This document shows, piece by piece, positions 63,571 through 64,000 of a DNA stretch of 64,000 nucleotides; position 1 is the stretch's first letter; every line of letters begins with the position of its first letter. The DNA is taken from positions 24,180,001-24,244,000 of the forward strand of contig CM120642.1 in the NCBI GenBank assembly GCA_051362555.1, given 5' to 3'. The position numbers and the translations under genes are program-made. The notes beneath the pieces are model-generated. The model saw nothing but the letters and a program-made list of their open reading frames with translations, made no database searches and was not told where the DNA came from. Source of the stretch: Lingula anatina. Its lineage: Eukaryota; Animalia; Brachiopoda.

Positions 63571-64000
63571 CTTTGAACCTTGCAGTGTACTCACTATAAT
63601 ATTTATAATACTGCTGTAAAAGCAATGATATTTCCAAGATTTAACCATCAGTACCGTTCTTACATGACATCTATCTCTGAGTCCTACACATCACATCTGG
63701 TGTGATTACTCTTGAACAGAACCAGCAATCTAACTAAAACCGTGTTCCCATAATTCCAGCTAAATTGCATTCAGTTTAAATGTCCAGAATGTCTGGCATG
63801 CCTACTGAAGCTGCTAGGGGTATTTAACTTTCATGTGTGCTCAGCTTAGCAGCCTCAGCTACATGCTTTCACTATAGATGCTGTGACAAGTGGTTTCAGT
63901 TTAATGATGTTTTTTTTCTAAGGAAACCCATATGGCAGTTAAATTTACCCTATGTAACACAAATTAGACCATCATAAAGTCACGTGGTCTTTTCAGCACA

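Overview
AT-rich animal (invertebrate-type) genomic DNA with spliceosomal GT-AG introns; nothing prokaryotic. Positions 1 to ~50 kb are a tandem segmental array with a period of ~21-22 kb. It carries an unrecognised minus-strand gene family: two complete copies (~23592-5783 and ~44943-27318) and the 5' end of a third (1317-97, running off the left edge). Manual splicing gives a ~37-38 exon, ~2,300 aa protein: signal peptide, short propeptide ending in a R-N-K-R-type convertase site, then phase-0 modular exons. These include a three-exon conserved block repeated 4 times and ~13 Lys-rich exons ending in EIGVGDHSPVVPNIQSETEFPPLSK. Seven near-identical CRE-rich promoter/signal-peptide modules are spread through the array, only three directly attached to a gene body. 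Positions ~51.5-62.9 kb hold an 11-coding-exon ST13/Hip co-chaperone gene (minus strand) with a complete 6-exon sarcalumenin-like gene nested antisense in one intron. Several MITE-like DNA elements with TIRs/TSDs and microsatellites are present. All exon coordinates were read by hand and need RNA-seq confirmation.
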